A DNA stretch of 64,000 nucleotides from Thermoprotei archaeon. Its GTDB lineage: Archaea > Thermoproteota > Thermoprotei > Thermoproteales > B15-G16. This document shows, one piece after another, positions 50,081 to 60,335 of the stretch. The translations under genes and the position numbers were made by a program. Position 1 is the first letter of the stretch. The number at the start of each line of letters is the position of its first letter. The notes beneath the pieces were generated by a model, which was not told the DNA's origin, made no database searches, and was given only the letters and a program-made list of their open reading frames with translations. The stretch is from the NCBI GenBank assembly GCA_003649205.1, contig QMRC01000001.1, positions 192,001 to 256,000 of the forward strand, read 5' to 3'.

Positions 50081-50506
50081 ATGGAGAGAGAGGAGCTTGG
50101 TGAAACTACGGTGAGAGTCTATACCTACATGGTTGAGAGAGGTGTACCTCTTGGTCCTCGTGAGTTAGCTAGAGCACTTGGTCTTAGTCCAAGTGTTGTG
50201 TACTACCACCTCAAGAAGTTAGAGGAACTTGGTGTTGTTAAGAGGACGAGTAATGGCTATGTTGTTGTGAGGAGATTGAGGATTAGTGGTTTCCTATATC
50301 TAGGTAGGTGGTTAGTTCCTCGACTTCTACTCTACTCGCTCTTCTTCCTTGGTCTCCTCGTTAGCGAGGTCATTTCACTCATTATACGACTACTACATGG
50401 ATTACCTATCTCGGTGGAATTCGTACTATTGCTGGTAACTACCTCTGTTGCCTTTATTATCACATTTGTTGAGGGTTTCATTGTAAGGAGAAAGTTATTT
50501 ACGTAG
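50081..50506 (+). CDS. Membrane-bound HTH transcriptional regulator
   Basis: GPRELARALGLSPSVVYYHLKKLEELG plus two C-terminal TM helices. Confidence 0.82.
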   Translation: MEREELGETTVRVYTYMVERGVPLGPRELARALGLSPSVVYYHLKKLEELGVVKRTSNGYVVVRRLRISGFLYLGRWLVPRLLLYSLFFLGLLVSEVISLIIRLLHGLPISVEFVLLLVTTSVAFIITFVEGFIVRRKLFT

Positions 50507-50529
50507 TGCTCTACACGTGAGTTTTCGCA

Positions 50530-51348
50530 ATGGGTAAATTGGTGTTTATTGGTCTCGGTCTCTTCACTGGTGATCTACCGTATAGAGCTGTTGAGGTTAT
50601 TAGGAGAGCTGATGCTGTGTTCATTGAGCTGTACACAACAGTACTTCCTCAGGACTACATTGAATACCTCATCAAGATAACTGGGAGAAGTGATTTCAAG
50701 ATCTTGACTAGGAGTGACTTAGAGGATAGAGGAGGTGAGGACGTACTTGAGGTAGCAGCGAAGGGATTGGCTGTTCTCCTCGTTGGTGGGGATCCTTTTG
50801 TAGCTACTACACACATGGCATTGAGAGTAGAGGCTGAGCGAAGAGGTATCGAGACTGAGGTAATTCATTCCTCCTCCATAATCTCCGCAATAGCTGGTGC
50901 AACGGGACTCCATGTATATAAGTTTGGTCGATGCGTAACCCTTGTGTACCCGCAACCTGAGGTAGGCTACATACCTTACAGTACCTACGAGGTTATCCTT
51001 GAAAATATTGAACGTGGATTACATACGTTAGTTCTACTCGATTACCGTCATGAGGAGGGTAGAGCAATGACAATACCTGAAGCTGTGAGCATCTTACTGT
51101 GGTTAGAGGAAAGGCTCGGTGTGGAGAAATCGATTAGGGATAGGGTTGCTGTAGGAGCTGCGAGGGTTGGTTGGTCTACAGAGTTCGTGAGAGCTGATAC
51201 GTTAGCTAATCTTAGGGAAGTTGACTTCGGCGCACCACCACATGTCCTTGTGATAACAGGTGACCTTCACCCAACTGAAGTTGAAGCACTTGAGGTTCTC
51301 TGCCACCTACCACGTGAATTAGCTATAAAGCTATTGAGGAGGCGGTGA
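50530..51348 (+). CDS. dph5: Diphthine synthase
   Basis: FIGLGL, GDPFVATTH, YKFGR, GLHTLVLLD, FGAPPH. Confidence 0.95.
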   Translation: MGKLVFIGLGLFTGDLPYRAVEVIRRADAVFIELYTTVLPQDYIEYLIKITGRSDFKILTRSDLEDRGGEDVLEVAAKGLAVLLVGGDPFVATTHMALRVEAERRGIETEVIHSSSIISAIAGATGLHVYKFGRCVTLVYPQPEVGYIPYSTYEVILENIERGLHTLVLLDYRHEEGRAMTIPEAVSILLWLEERLGVEKSIRDRVAVGAARVGWSTEFVRADTLANLREVDFGAPPHVLVITGDLHPTEVEALEVLCHLPRELAIKLLRRR

Positions 51349-51349
51349 T

Positions 51350-52069
51350 ATGGAGCTGAGTGAGAAGGTAAGGTGCTACATAGAGAATGTGAAGCTAGCT
51401 CTAACACAGCTTGAGGGTAAGGTACTTGGTGATCAAGTCAAGAAGGTAGTTGACTTAGCTAGATGCTACGTATCTGATGCTGAGTACTACCTGAGTAAGG
51501 GGTGTAGTGACGTTGCTCTAGCATGCATAGCATATGCCGAGGGTTTGCTTGATGCTCTTAGGTTACTTGGACTAGCTGAGTTTAGTTGGCGAAGTATTAC
51601 TGAGCTAAGTTCTAGACCTAAGGTCTTTGTTGCAGGTACTTTCGAGTTCCTTCACCCAGGTCACATTCACTTGCTAAGGAAGGCATATGAGATTGGTCGA
51701 GTACATGTGGTCATTGCTAGAGATGTTAATGTAGCTAGGTTAAAAGGTAGAGAACCAGTAATTCCTGAAGAACAGAGATTAGAGGTCATCAAGAGTATAA
51801 GGTACGTCTCAACAGCTAGATTAGGTAGTCTACACGATTTCTTCGAGCCGCTTCTAGAGATTAGACCAGATATTGTACTGCTGGGTCCCGATCAAGAAGT
51901 TGATGAGGGTAAGCTAGCTAGGTACCTAGAGGAGAGAGGAGTTACACCACCGAAGATCCTTAGGTTGAATGAGAAGTATAATAAGTTTCCACTCTGTAGC
52001 TCTAGCAAGATCATAGCTGAGGTGATTCGTAGGTATGGAAGTAGGAGAGAATTTTGCTCAACAACTTAG
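51350..52069 (+). CDS. ribL: DUF357 domain fused to FAD synthetase-like cytidylyltransferase
   Basis: YVSDAEYY...IAYAEGLLDALR; GTFEFLHPGH, LGPDQ, SSSKII. Confidence 0.75.
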   Translation: MELSEKVRCYIENVKLALTQLEGKVLGDQVKKVVDLARCYVSDAEYYLSKGCSDVALACIAYAEGLLDALRLLGLAEFSWRSITELSSRPKVFVAGTFEFLHPGHIHLLRKAYEIGRVHVVIARDVNVARLKGREPVIPEEQRLEVIKSIRYVSTARLGSLHDFFEPLLEIRPDIVLLGPDQEVDEGKLARYLEERGVTPPKILRLNEKYNKFPLCSSSKIIAEVIRRYGSRREFCSTT

Positions 52070-52679
52070 GGATGTTGTGGCGAAGATCATTGAGTACCTA
52101 TCCATTAAGGATAGTGTTAGGGAGGAAGTCATTAAGCTATCTAGAGAGATAATTAGGAAGTCAGGTGAGTGTATTCGTAAGATAATTCGTGGAGAGTTAG
52201 AGAGTGCGAATTCTCTGGTTATGGAGTTGAAAGAGCTAGTTAGGAAGCTGAATGATGTAGCTAGATCGCATCCAGAAATCTACTACAGTGGATTAACTTC
52301 AAGTTGCCTAATGGAGTATGTTGAAGCACAGATCTTGTACAGAGTCATTACGGAGGGTAAGTTAGCAACACCTGAGGAACTCGATGTACCCTACGTACCG
52401 TACCTACTTGGTCTAGCTGATGTAGTTGGTGAATTACGTAGAATGTGTCTAGACTGCATGAGAGAGGGAAAGCTTGATAAGGTTCGTAATTACTTAGCGG
52501 TGATGGAGAGCATATACCTTGAGCTGAGGACGATAGAGTTTCCTGAAGCGCTGATACCAGGTCTAAGACATAAGGTAGATGTGTGTAGGAGATTAATTGA
52601 AGATACCAAGGCCATGTACGTCCAGTTACTTCACATGAGAGAACTGGTTAAGTATCTTGAGAAATTAGGTAGTGGGTAG
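52035..52679 (+). CDS. Translin/TRAX family protein (archaeal C3PO-like)
   Basis: REEVIKLSREI, EYVEA, YLLGLADVVGELRR, LRHKVD. Confidence 0.85.
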   Translation: MEVGENFAQQLRDVVAKIIEYLSIKDSVREEVIKLSREIIRKSGECIRKIIRGELESANSLVMELKELVRKLNDVARSHPEIYYSGLTSSCLMEYVEAQILYRVITEGKLATPEELDVPYVPYLLGLADVVGELRRMCLDCMREGKLDKVRNYLAVMESIYLELRTIEFPEALIPGLRHKVDVCRRLIEDTKAMYVQLLHMRELVKYLEKLGSG

Positions 52680-52687
52680 GTGAAATC

Positions 52688-53407
52688 ACGAGTACGAGAG
52701 GTGTCAAATCGAGACATTACTTCGATGAATTAGCTAGGAGGAGAGCACCACCTGGATTCTCACTTGAACGTGCTAGAGCAATTCAGCGTTTACTCGCAAG
52801 TAAGGTAGTTACAGATAATAGGCTCAGGTACCCACCTGAATTTGTCGCTGGTGTTGACATATCGTACACTCACGATAGTAGAGCTATTGGTGCTGCTGTT
52901 CTTCTCGATTACAGAAACCTCATAGTTATTGAGGAAGCTATAGCCGAGACGGAGGTCAAGTTCCCCTACATACCGACCCTACTCTCGTTTAGAGAACTAG
53001 CACCCATGATAAAGGCACTCAAGAAGTTGAGTAAGGTACCTGATGTCGTACTAGTGGATGGCCACGGACTAAGTCACCCATATAGACTTGGAATAGCTTC
53101 GCATTTAGGCGTAGTGCTCGACATACCGAGTATAGGTGTAGCTAAGTCACTACTATGGGGGATCGTAACCGAGTTCAAGGGTGACATAGCGTACGTACTT
53201 GATCCAGATACTAGAGAAATCATTGGTGCTGCACTGAAAACACACCCACAGTACAAGCCGATCTACGTGAGTGTAGGTCACAGGATTCGCCTTGAGACAG
53301 CTATTGAAATAGTCAGGTACCTCGTAAAGGCGAGTAGAGGTAGGCTACCACTACCGCTAAAGCTAGCTCACGACCTAGCGACAAAAGCAAAGCGTAGAGC
53401 TAGGTAA
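52688..53407 (+). CDS. nfi: Endonuclease V; no canonical start, ACG 52688 proposed
   Basis: Open frame upstream of ORF 53006 encodes VAGVDISY and FPYIPTLLSFRE; then LVDGHG..HP..GIASHLG, GVAK, YVSVGH. Confidence 0.88.
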   Translation, partial: TSTRGVKSRHYFDELARRRAPPGFSLERARAIQRLLASKVVTDNRLRYPPEFVAGVDISYTHDSRAIGAAVLLDYRNLIVIEEAIAETEVKFPYIPTLLSFRELAPMIKALKKLSKVPDVVLVDGHGLSHPYRLGIASHLGVVLDIPSIGVAKSLLWGIVTEFKGDIAYVLDPDTREIIGAALKTHPQYKPIYVSVGHRIRLETAIEIVRYLVKASRGRLPLPLKLAHDLATKAKRRAR

Positions 53408-53410
53408 GCA

Positions 53411-54454
53411 CTACTCCTCATCACTCTCAACGTACTCCTCTGTCTCCTTCGTACTCAGTGCATAGGGGTGCATGTCCTTAGGTATTATCTCGATAGGTTT
53501 CTTGAACTTACACAATAACACAACTCTTGAATGTAGTGACTCATCAACAATGTAGTAGCCTGTCTCCTCAGCTATCTTCTCAGCAAACTTCCTAATTTCT
53601 GAGTGACGAGGCATAGCATCATTGCTTAATCTGTACCTGAAGTATCCAAGCGCCATAGCCGCCTTAGCTTCAACATACGTTGGCTCTGCCTTAACCACCA
53701 ACTTAGCGTACTCCTCAGGTCTCTCCATGTTAAATCCCTTAACTAGGGTCAACCTAAGTACTGTTGGGCACTTAAAGGATTTCAGCAACTCCAAGCTCTC
53801 AAGTACCTTACTCCACAGGTTACCACTAAGTGGTCTAGCTGTTAACTTAAACATCTCCTCATTTGCTCCATACAGTGATAGGTACAGCTGAGAAGGTTCA
53901 TACTCTAGCTTACTCATTGCCTCTGGCATGGTACCGTTCGTAACAATGAAGACACTCCTGAAACCTCTCCTAAAGAACTCGTAAACTAGCTCACCTAGGT
54001 AAGGGTATAGGAAGGGTTCACCAGTTAAGCTAAATGTTACGTGAATTGGTCTAAGAGCTTCCTCAATCAATTTCTTAGGTATCGATGGACTACCAATAAA
54101 TCCACTTAGTACTCTCCTCCACTCCTTAAGTGCGTTCTCAGCAATAGTCTCTGGATCATCTAAATCCCTAGGATCAACCTTGGTTTCATCCCAGTCGTAG
54201 ATACCTATATCCTGTGGATGTGTTCTCCAACAAAATACACAACGTAGATTACACTGAATTATTGGTGTCATTTGAAGACATCTATGCGATGGGATGCCAA
54301 AGAACCTGTACTTATAGCACATGTACTTACCACCAGTCTTCAAAGCCTTCCTCAACCAGTGACATGGCTTAACACATGCCTGCTTACCAATGAAGTGGTA
54401 ACCCTGCTCTCTATACACCTCAATGAATTCCCTCGGAATAGGTATGAAAATCAC
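53411..54454 (-). CDS. taw1: 4-demethylwyosine synthase Taw1 (radical SAM)
   Basis: KPCHW, CYK, SHRCLQMTP, CNLRCVFCWR, SLTGEP. Confidence 0.93.
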   Translation of the reverse strand: MIFIPIPREFIEVYREQGYHFIGKQACVKPCHWLRKALKTGGKYMCYKYRFFGIPSHRCLQMTPIIQCNLRCVFCWRTHPQDIGIYDWDETKVDPRDLDDPETIAENALKEWRRVLSGFIGSPSIPKKLIEEALRPIHVTFSLTGEPFLYPYLGELVYEFFRRGFRSVFIVTNGTMPEAMSKLEYEPSQLYLSLYGANEEMFKLTARPLSGNLWSKVLESLELLKSFKCPTVLRLTLVKGFNMERPEEYAKLVVKAEPTYVEAKAAMALGYFRYRLSNDAMPRHSEIRKFAEKIAEETGYYIVDESLHSRVVLLCKFKKPIEIIPKDMHPYALSTKETEEYVESDEE

Positions 54455-54526
54455 CTCTTAACTGTACTTCAACCCACGCACTTAAATACTCATTCAAACA
54501 TTTAGGAAAGTGAGGAGAAGTTAGCT

Positions 54527-55198
54527 CTAGGTGCTGGATGGTATCGGTATAAATTCCTCCTCTGCACCATTCTGTGTTATGATTAGTACGTCAATACCAT
54601 CTCCGGAAACAGCATCTCTCTCAATAGCTCTCTTAATAGCTCTGATAGCTATTTCACGTCCTTCCTTAACCGTTATGGTGTCTCTATACTGATCCTCGAT
54701 GATGCCTATAGCTATCTTAGCACCTGTACCGAGTGCTGCGTACTTATCCTCAATCAATGAACCAAGTGGATCGAGTACAAATATGTGAGCACCCTCCTCA
54801 TCTATACCTCCAACGATTGTCTCTGCAATATATGGCATGGCTCTACTGTTGAATAGTATCACTGAGAGCAACTTAGCAGCTGCTCTAACAGGAATAGGGT
54901 TCTTGTTCTCTAGCTCGTACAGGGATATGTAGTACCTCAGTAACTTAGTCAATGTCTGCATATCAGCTAGGATGCCAGCGAAGGCAACACCAATCCTATT
55001 AGTTACTCTAAACACCTTCCTTCCTGATCTACTCAACATGTAGAAGCCGTACGTAACTCTCTTCTCTGAAGCTAGAACAACACCATCCGTACAGCGAATG
55101 CCAACTGTCGTAGCACCAGGCATGTAGTAGTACTCTTCCTCTGCTCTACGTAGCCTAAATGCTACATCCCGTGAAATCAAGGTAAACCCCTCAACCAC
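54527..55198 (-). CDS. psmB: Proteasome beta subunit
   Basis: GATTVG propeptide junction, ASEKR, ERDAVSGDG. Confidence 0.93.
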   Translation of the reverse strand: MVEGFTLISRDVAFRLRRAEEEYYYMPGATTVGIRCTDGVVLASEKRVTYGFYMLSRSGRKVFRVTNRIGVAFAGILADMQTLTKLLRYYISLYELENKNPIPVRAAAKLLSVILFNSRAMPYIAETIVGGIDEEGAHIFVLDPLGSLIEDKYAALGTGAKIAIGIIEDQYRDTITVKEGREIAIRAIKRAIERDAVSGDGIDVLIITQNGAEEEFIPIPSST

Positions 55199-55254
55199 AC
55201 CTAACTAGAGATGAGTTAAAAAACTTCACTAGCAAGAGTGTAGTGAGTGTCTAG

Positions 55255-56361
55255 ATGAGTAAGGTAGGTACTAAGGTAAGAGATGTCGTGAACTACAATC
55301 CATTCCATGGACTAGGCATACCCATTCCTAACTCTGCTGAAGACTTAATGAGGAGCATATACCAGAAAGCAATGAGAGTTGAGGTCAAGCTACCTAAGAC
55401 ACTACCTGTCTTGGTGAAAGCAAAGAGGAGGGAGAGAGCAAGAATTGAATTTGCCACGAAATTAGCTATTGAGGTCCTGAAGAGAATAGCTTACACTATG
55501 CCTTTTGTAGACTCCATACACCCATTCTACAGGGATCTACTATCGATATTCATACCGATTGATGAGTACAGAAAGAGACTAGCGAAGGTTAAGGCATGTA
55601 TAGATGTAGTCAAGAAAATTTCGAGGGACGCACTCGTAATGTTGACAATAGCGGCTACACCACAGGATGCAGTTAAAGCTAGGAAAATGTTCTTCGGTAG
55701 AGTTAGGTCAGTCTTTGAATCACTTGACGAGGAGTTTAAGCTCTTCAAGAACCTAATCAAGGAGATGAGAAAGCTACCATCGATAAACCCGGAGATACCG
55801 ACGATAGTTGTTGCAGGTTACCCAAATGTCGGTAAGTCATCACTAGTGAAAGCAGTTTCAACAGCAAAACCAGAGATTAAGGAGTACCCATTCACTACAA
55901 AGCACCTAGTTCTTGGACACATAGATCTAGTACATGACTTCAAGGTACAGATAGTCGATACACCCGGTCTATTAGATAGACCACTCTCGGAGAGGAACAA
56001 GATAGAGCTACAGGCAATACTAGCACTTAGACACTTAGCTAAGGTCATAATATTCCTGATAGATCCAACAGGACACTCAGGCTACGAACTAGAACCACAG
56101 CTAAGGTTACTAAATGAAGTACTTCAGTACTTTGGAGATAGACCAGTGATAATAGCGATAAACAAGGCAGATCTAGCCAGCGAAGAAGAGTTGAGTAAGT
56201 TGAAGAAACAGCTCGAGGAGAAATACAAACTACCGGTCTTCATCGTAAGCGCGGCAACGGGAAAGGGATTAAAAGAATTGATGAACCATGCAATCAAACC
56301 CATACTCGATGAACTCATCAAGAAATTGAGAGAAGAAGCTATGAGAAGTACTCATTCCTAA
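55255..56361 (+). CDS. NOG1 family GTPase
   Basis: HPFY, GYPNVGKSS, YPFTTK, DTPGLLDR, NKAD. Confidence 0.92.
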   Translation: MSKVGTKVRDVVNYNPFHGLGIPIPNSAEDLMRSIYQKAMRVEVKLPKTLPVLVKAKRRERARIEFATKLAIEVLKRIAYTMPFVDSIHPFYRDLLSIFIPIDEYRKRLAKVKACIDVVKKISRDALVMLTIAATPQDAVKARKMFFGRVRSVFESLDEEFKLFKNLIKEMRKLPSINPEIPTIVVAGYPNVGKSSLVKAVSTAKPEIKEYPFTTKHLVLGHIDLVHDFKVQIVDTPGLLDRPLSERNKIELQAILALRHLAKVIIFLIDPTGHSGYELEPQLRLLNEVLQYFGDRPVIIAINKADLASEEELSKLKKQLEEKYKLPVFIVSAATGKGLKELMNHAIKPILDELIKKLREEAMRSTHS

Positions 56362-57439
56362 GACCAAGACCCTTAACCTTAATTACAGCCCTCTCACCAA
56401 GATCACCCTTAACCTCGAACTTAACACCCAGTATCATCTCTGTAACCACGATGTTTGTCTTTGTGTGAAGTGTCAATTCGCTCACACCAATCTCTGATGT
56501 ACCTGAAGCAATTGCAATGTACGGAATCAACATATCACCCATATGCTTGTCAAATGCCATACCTCTCTCAATTTCCTGAATGAGCTTCTTAGCAGCTTCC
56601 TCACCAACAACCTCAGCCCTCTTACCTCTCTCACCAAGAGCATCAGCACCTAGGACAAGGCCTCTATCTGATACAGCCCAAAGCACAATACCACTACCAG
56701 GACCTAGATGTGGGTCTCTAGTAGGTTCGTAGTACTCGAGATCTATCTTAATCGGTACATCGATACCGTGATCTCTAAGACACTTCTCAGCAGCTCGAGC
56801 CTGTCTCTCAGCAACATGCTTAGGTAACTTTACACAATGTGAAATACCCCTAATCTCAACTAACTTACCGAATTCAAGTTCTTGGAGAGGTTTCAGGAAG
56901 GGGACAGGATAGGTCTTAGCTATGACGTGTCCACCACCACGAGGATAGTGGCCACGACGAAGAACACTAATCTCAACTCTGTAACCCATCTTAGCTAGTA
57001 CGGGGACCAGTACGTACCTAACGTAGTCAATTGGTGGACTCCAAGCAACATCAGTACCACCAGTAATCACAAACTCACACTCACCGGGAGCAAACGCAGC
57101 AGCCGGAAGGAGAGCCTGTAGTACGAGAGATATACTACCAGCAGTACCCACATCAAACCTAAACCTACCGGCAACTCTCCTCTGTGGGATAAATGTCAAC
57201 TCCTTAGAACCCTTGTAAGCACCCTCTAGCTTAGCAGAGCATAGAGCAGCAACAGCCTTAACGCCAGTAAGGTGTTGAGCTTGAAGACCAGGATTAGGTC
57301 TCTTAGCCCTTATGTTGAATATCCTAACAGGTCTAAGCACAAGTGCAGACAACGCAATACTACTCCTAACTATTTGACCACCACCTTCAAGCATTGAACC
57401 ATCAATTTCAACAATACCTCTCGAACTCACAGAGACCAC
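56339..57439 (-). CDS. rtcA: RNA 3'-terminal phosphate cyclase
   Basis: EGGGQIVR, PGLQAQH, GGTDV, RGHYPRGGG, DKHMGD. Confidence 0.95.
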   Translation of the reverse strand: MVSVSSRGIVEIDGSMLEGGGQIVRSSIALSALVLRPVRIFNIRAKRPNPGLQAQHLTGVKAVAALCSAKLEGAYKGSKELTFIPQRRVAGRFRFDVGTAGSISLVLQALLPAAAFAPGECEFVITGGTDVAWSPPIDYVRYVLVPVLAKMGYRVEISVLRRGHYPRGGGHVIAKTYPVPFLKPLQELEFGKLVEIRGISHCVKLPKHVAERQARAAEKCLRDHGIDVPIKIDLEYYEPTRDPHLGPGSGIVLWAVSDRGLVLGADALGERGKRAEVVGEEAAKKLIQEIERGMAFDKHMGDMLIPYIAIASGTSEIGVSELTLHTKTNIVVTEMILGVKFEVKGDLGERAVIKVKGLGLRNEYFS

Positions 57440-57601
57440 CTGAGGAGATAGAGGTAAACCACCTAATTAGATAGGCTTACCCTCATTTACATCACACAAA
57501 CCCATTCATCACCTAGCGAGGAGAACTAAACTACACAAAATACTTCAATTGTGTAATCACGCATCTCAAGCTACATATGAGAAAGATCCTAAATACCCGT
57601 A

Positions 57602-58435
57602 GTGAAGTTGATATTCATGGTCATGAAGCCAGTAATTACGTTGCTAACTGATTTCGGTACTAGAGATCCCTTTGTAGCTGAGATGAAAGCTGTAGTACTT
57701 AGCATATGTCCTGAAGCAACTATCGTAGACATATCCCACGATATTGAGAAGTTCAATGTAAGACAAGGTGCATTCGTACTAGCCTGTGCATATAGGTATT
57801 TCCCCAAGGGAACAATTCACGTAGTTGTTGTTGATCCTGGAGTTGGTACCGAGAGGAGACCTATCGTAATCAAGACGAGAAACTACTACTTCATTGGTCC
57901 TGACAACGGCGTTTTACTGCTAGCAGCTGATGAAGATGGTATTGAGGAGATACGTGAAATCAAGAACCCTAAGTACATGCTACCACAGATCTCAACTACC
58001 TTCCATGGTAGAGACATCTTCGCACCTGCAGCTGCCTACATAGCTCGTGGAGTACCGTTGAGAGATTTCGGTCCTGAATTAAGACCAAGTCAGTTAACTA
58101 GACCTAGATTCAGTACTGTGGAGGTACGTGGTAATGTAATTGAGGGAGAGGTACTGCACATCGATTCGTTTGGCAATGTAATAACGAACATTAAGGCTCA
58201 CCACCTAGATGAGATCGGTATTAGGTACGGAATGAGGCTACTCGTGAAGTTACCAGATCTAGGTATAGAGCTTGAAGTACCCTTTGTTAAGAGCTATGGA
58301 TACGTCGATGTAGGTAAGGAGCTAAGTCTCATCGATAGCCACGACTTCCTCGAGCTAGCGATTAACCAGGGGAGTTTCTGCTCAAGGTATGGAGTTAGGG
58401 TAGGTATGAGAGTAATAATCACGAAATGCGATTAG
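57602..58435 (+). CDS. SAM hydroxide adenosyltransferase (DUF62)
   Basis: LLTDFG, VVDPGVG, GPDNG, TFHGRDIFAP, DSFGN. Confidence 0.92.
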   Translation: MKLIFMVMKPVITLLTDFGTRDPFVAEMKAVVLSICPEATIVDISHDIEKFNVRQGAFVLACAYRYFPKGTIHVVVVDPGVGTERRPIVIKTRNYYFIGPDNGVLLLAADEDGIEEIREIKNPKYMLPQISTTFHGRDIFAPAAAYIARGVPLRDFGPELRPSQLTRPRFSTVEVRGNVIEGEVLHIDSFGNVITNIKAHHLDEIGIRYGMRLLVKLPDLGIELEVPFVKSYGYVDVGKELSLIDSHDFLELAINQGSFCSRYGVRVGMRVIITKCD

Positions 58436-59042
58436 TACTTAAGTCACGTAGAATGTACTTCTCCATTACACGACCATCGATAACCTCTACACCTTCCTTC
58501 CTAAGTAACTCAGCTTTCATCCACCATAGATCTCTAGAACCGAGGTAACCACCTACAAAACCACTACTCATGACAACTCGGTGACAAGGTATCACTAGAG
58601 GCCATGGATTTCTCATCAATACCCTAGCCACTACACGTGGTGATGTATTGAGTACCTTAGCCACCACACTATAGGTTGTGACCTTACCTGGAGGAATACT
58701 ATCAACAATAGTGAGAACTCTCCACTCGAAATTACTTAGTAGTTCACGGTAGATGAACTTCCGTACATAATGTACTAGGTCTATCCTACCCGGCTCAGCA
58801 TACAGTACCTGAAGTAACTTAATGACAGTGAAGATAGGAGTTACCTCACCCTCGTACTCCTCTCTACTCAGTACCGTAGCTCTCTTACTGACAAATTTAC
58901 AGAAACTACTCAGTATCGAAGTGAAGTAATTGTGGGGAACTGGAGGTATGTAGGCGAGTAGTTTTCGATAACTCCACCATACTGTAGCTGTTCTGTAACT
59001 ACCTAGATTGACCTCGATAACAAATATCTTACTCCACAGCAT
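58419..59042 (-). CDS. ogt: O6-alkylguanine-DNA alkyltransferase (MGMT)
   Basis: IPPGKVTTY, NPWPLVIPCHRVV, LLRKEG. Confidence 0.88.
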   Translation of the reverse strand: MLWSKIFVIEVNLGSYRTATVWWSYRKLLAYIPPVPHNYFTSILSSFCKFVSKRATVLSREEYEGEVTPIFTVIKLLQVLYAEPGRIDLVHYVRKFIYRELLSNFEWRVLTIVDSIPPGKVTTYSVVAKVLNTSPRVVARVLMRNPWPLVIPCHRVVMSSGFVGGYLGSRDLWWMKAELLRKEGVEVIDGRVMEKYILRDLSTNRIS

Positions 59043-59062
59043 AGCACCTAGGGGAAATATCT

Positions 59063-59674
59063 ATGGAGGTACGTGAAATACTTGTTGATGAGAAAGAGAG
59101 GTACTACCTAGCTATTGGAGGTATTGTCTTTGGTAGAGAATTAAGTGATTGTGATGTTGATTACGTACTAAACGTACTTAGAGAGTGTGAATCTAAGTTC
59201 AAAGATGCTGTCCCGGTGCTAGTTGACGCTAACTACGTAGTGTCTGTAAACCAGCTAGTAGTAGCTACTGTCCAAGCTGTTAGAGCTTGGTTGAGGGGTA
59301 AGGCGAGAGCTAAGAAGTTTGGTATTGAGTTACTTCTATGGATAGGTGCTAGGAAGCAGATTAGGGATGTAGTTGATGTACTTGGTGTTCACAGAGGATT
59401 GCTACGTGCATACCTTTTGTGTGTAAGCAGGAGTCTGGAGATTTGTAAGCTAGCTTGTGAAGCCGTATTGAGGAAGTTGAGTGCGGTAGTTGAGCTGAAT
59501 ATTGTTGAGCCGAGTAGGGTACTTAGTGAGGTCCTCAGTAATGGTGGGTCTATTGAGTTGTTGAGGAAGTGGTTTAATGTAGGTGATCGTGAACTAGCAG
59601 CAACCCTAGGTTCAGAAATCGAAAAACTTGAGAAGTGTATTCTCTCGAGAATTGCCCTACTAGCCTCTGAGTAG
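59063..59674 (+). CDS. cgi121: KEOPS complex subunit Cgi121
   Basis: QAVRAW..G..AK..IELLLWIGARKQI. Confidence 0.8.
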   Translation: MEVREILVDEKERYYLAIGGIVFGRELSDCDVDYVLNVLRECESKFKDAVPVLVDANYVVSVNQLVVATVQAVRAWLRGKARAKKFGIELLLWIGARKQIRDVVDVLGVHRGLLRAYLLCVSRSLEICKLACEAVLRKLSAVVELNIVEPSRVLSEVLSNGGSIELLRKWFNVGDRELAATLGSEIEKLEKCILSRIALLASE

Positions 59675-60208
59675 TTTTGCTTCTCTAAGGACTTTCATCA
59701 GTGAAAATACCTCCTCACTTGGTGAGAGTACGGAGATTCCTGTGGATTCGGGGAATATCTCTAAGTGTAGTACTTTCTCAGGATTTTCAAGATTTACCTT
59801 TCTCGGAATTTCCTTAGCTATGGAGTTTATCAGCTCCATTCTATTAATCGGTACACCTCTGTATCTAATCTCGATCTTGTAGGTCGCTGTTTCAGGGATT
59901 CCACGTATAGCAAGCTCGATAGCTGTTCTCTTTATTGTTTCGAAATCAGTACTTACAACAACTTCAATAGGTATTACCTTGAGTATGAAGCTAGGAATGA
60001 ACTTACTTGTGAGGACTAATTCACGTAACCTCCTCGTGAATACCTTTGGATCGGAGCTAACTAATGCAGTGAGAAGTCCAGGGAAGCCAGTTCTCCTAAC
60101 CGAGAGAACCTCAGTACCTTCACCTATTAACTTAGCTGCGACCTGAAGCTCATTTATACACTGTACTTCACGCCACCTACCAGTAGATACAACTAGGTTG
60201 TAGCTCAT
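59660..60208 (-). CDS. THUMP domain protein
   Basis: LKVIPI, TYKIEIRYR, KVNLENPEKV. Confidence 0.85.
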   Translation of the reverse strand: MSYNLVVSTGRWREVQCINELQVAAKLIGEGTEVLSVRRTGFPGLLTALVSSDPKVFTRRLRELVLTSKFIPSFILKVIPIEVVVSTDFETIKRTAIELAIRGIPETATYKIEIRYRGVPINRMELINSIAKEIPRKVNLENPEKVLHLEIFPESTGISVLSPSEEVFSLMKVLREAKLLRG

Positions 60209-60335
60209 TAGAACACCGTGAACAGCACCACAACATAGAATAAAAACCTTAACCCAGTAGTGTAGGCTTATTGCTAATGATACGAAGATGTAAAACTTTA
60301 AATTCCAGCAATAGATAGCATGCTTGGTGACGTCG

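Noticed and set aside
57464-57514. Possible minus-strand C/D sRNA (GTGATGA...GTGA...CTAA) upstream of rtcA
   Set aside because: Only box C is canonical; D', C' and D are degenerate, and GGTGATG may simply be an RBS-like sequence
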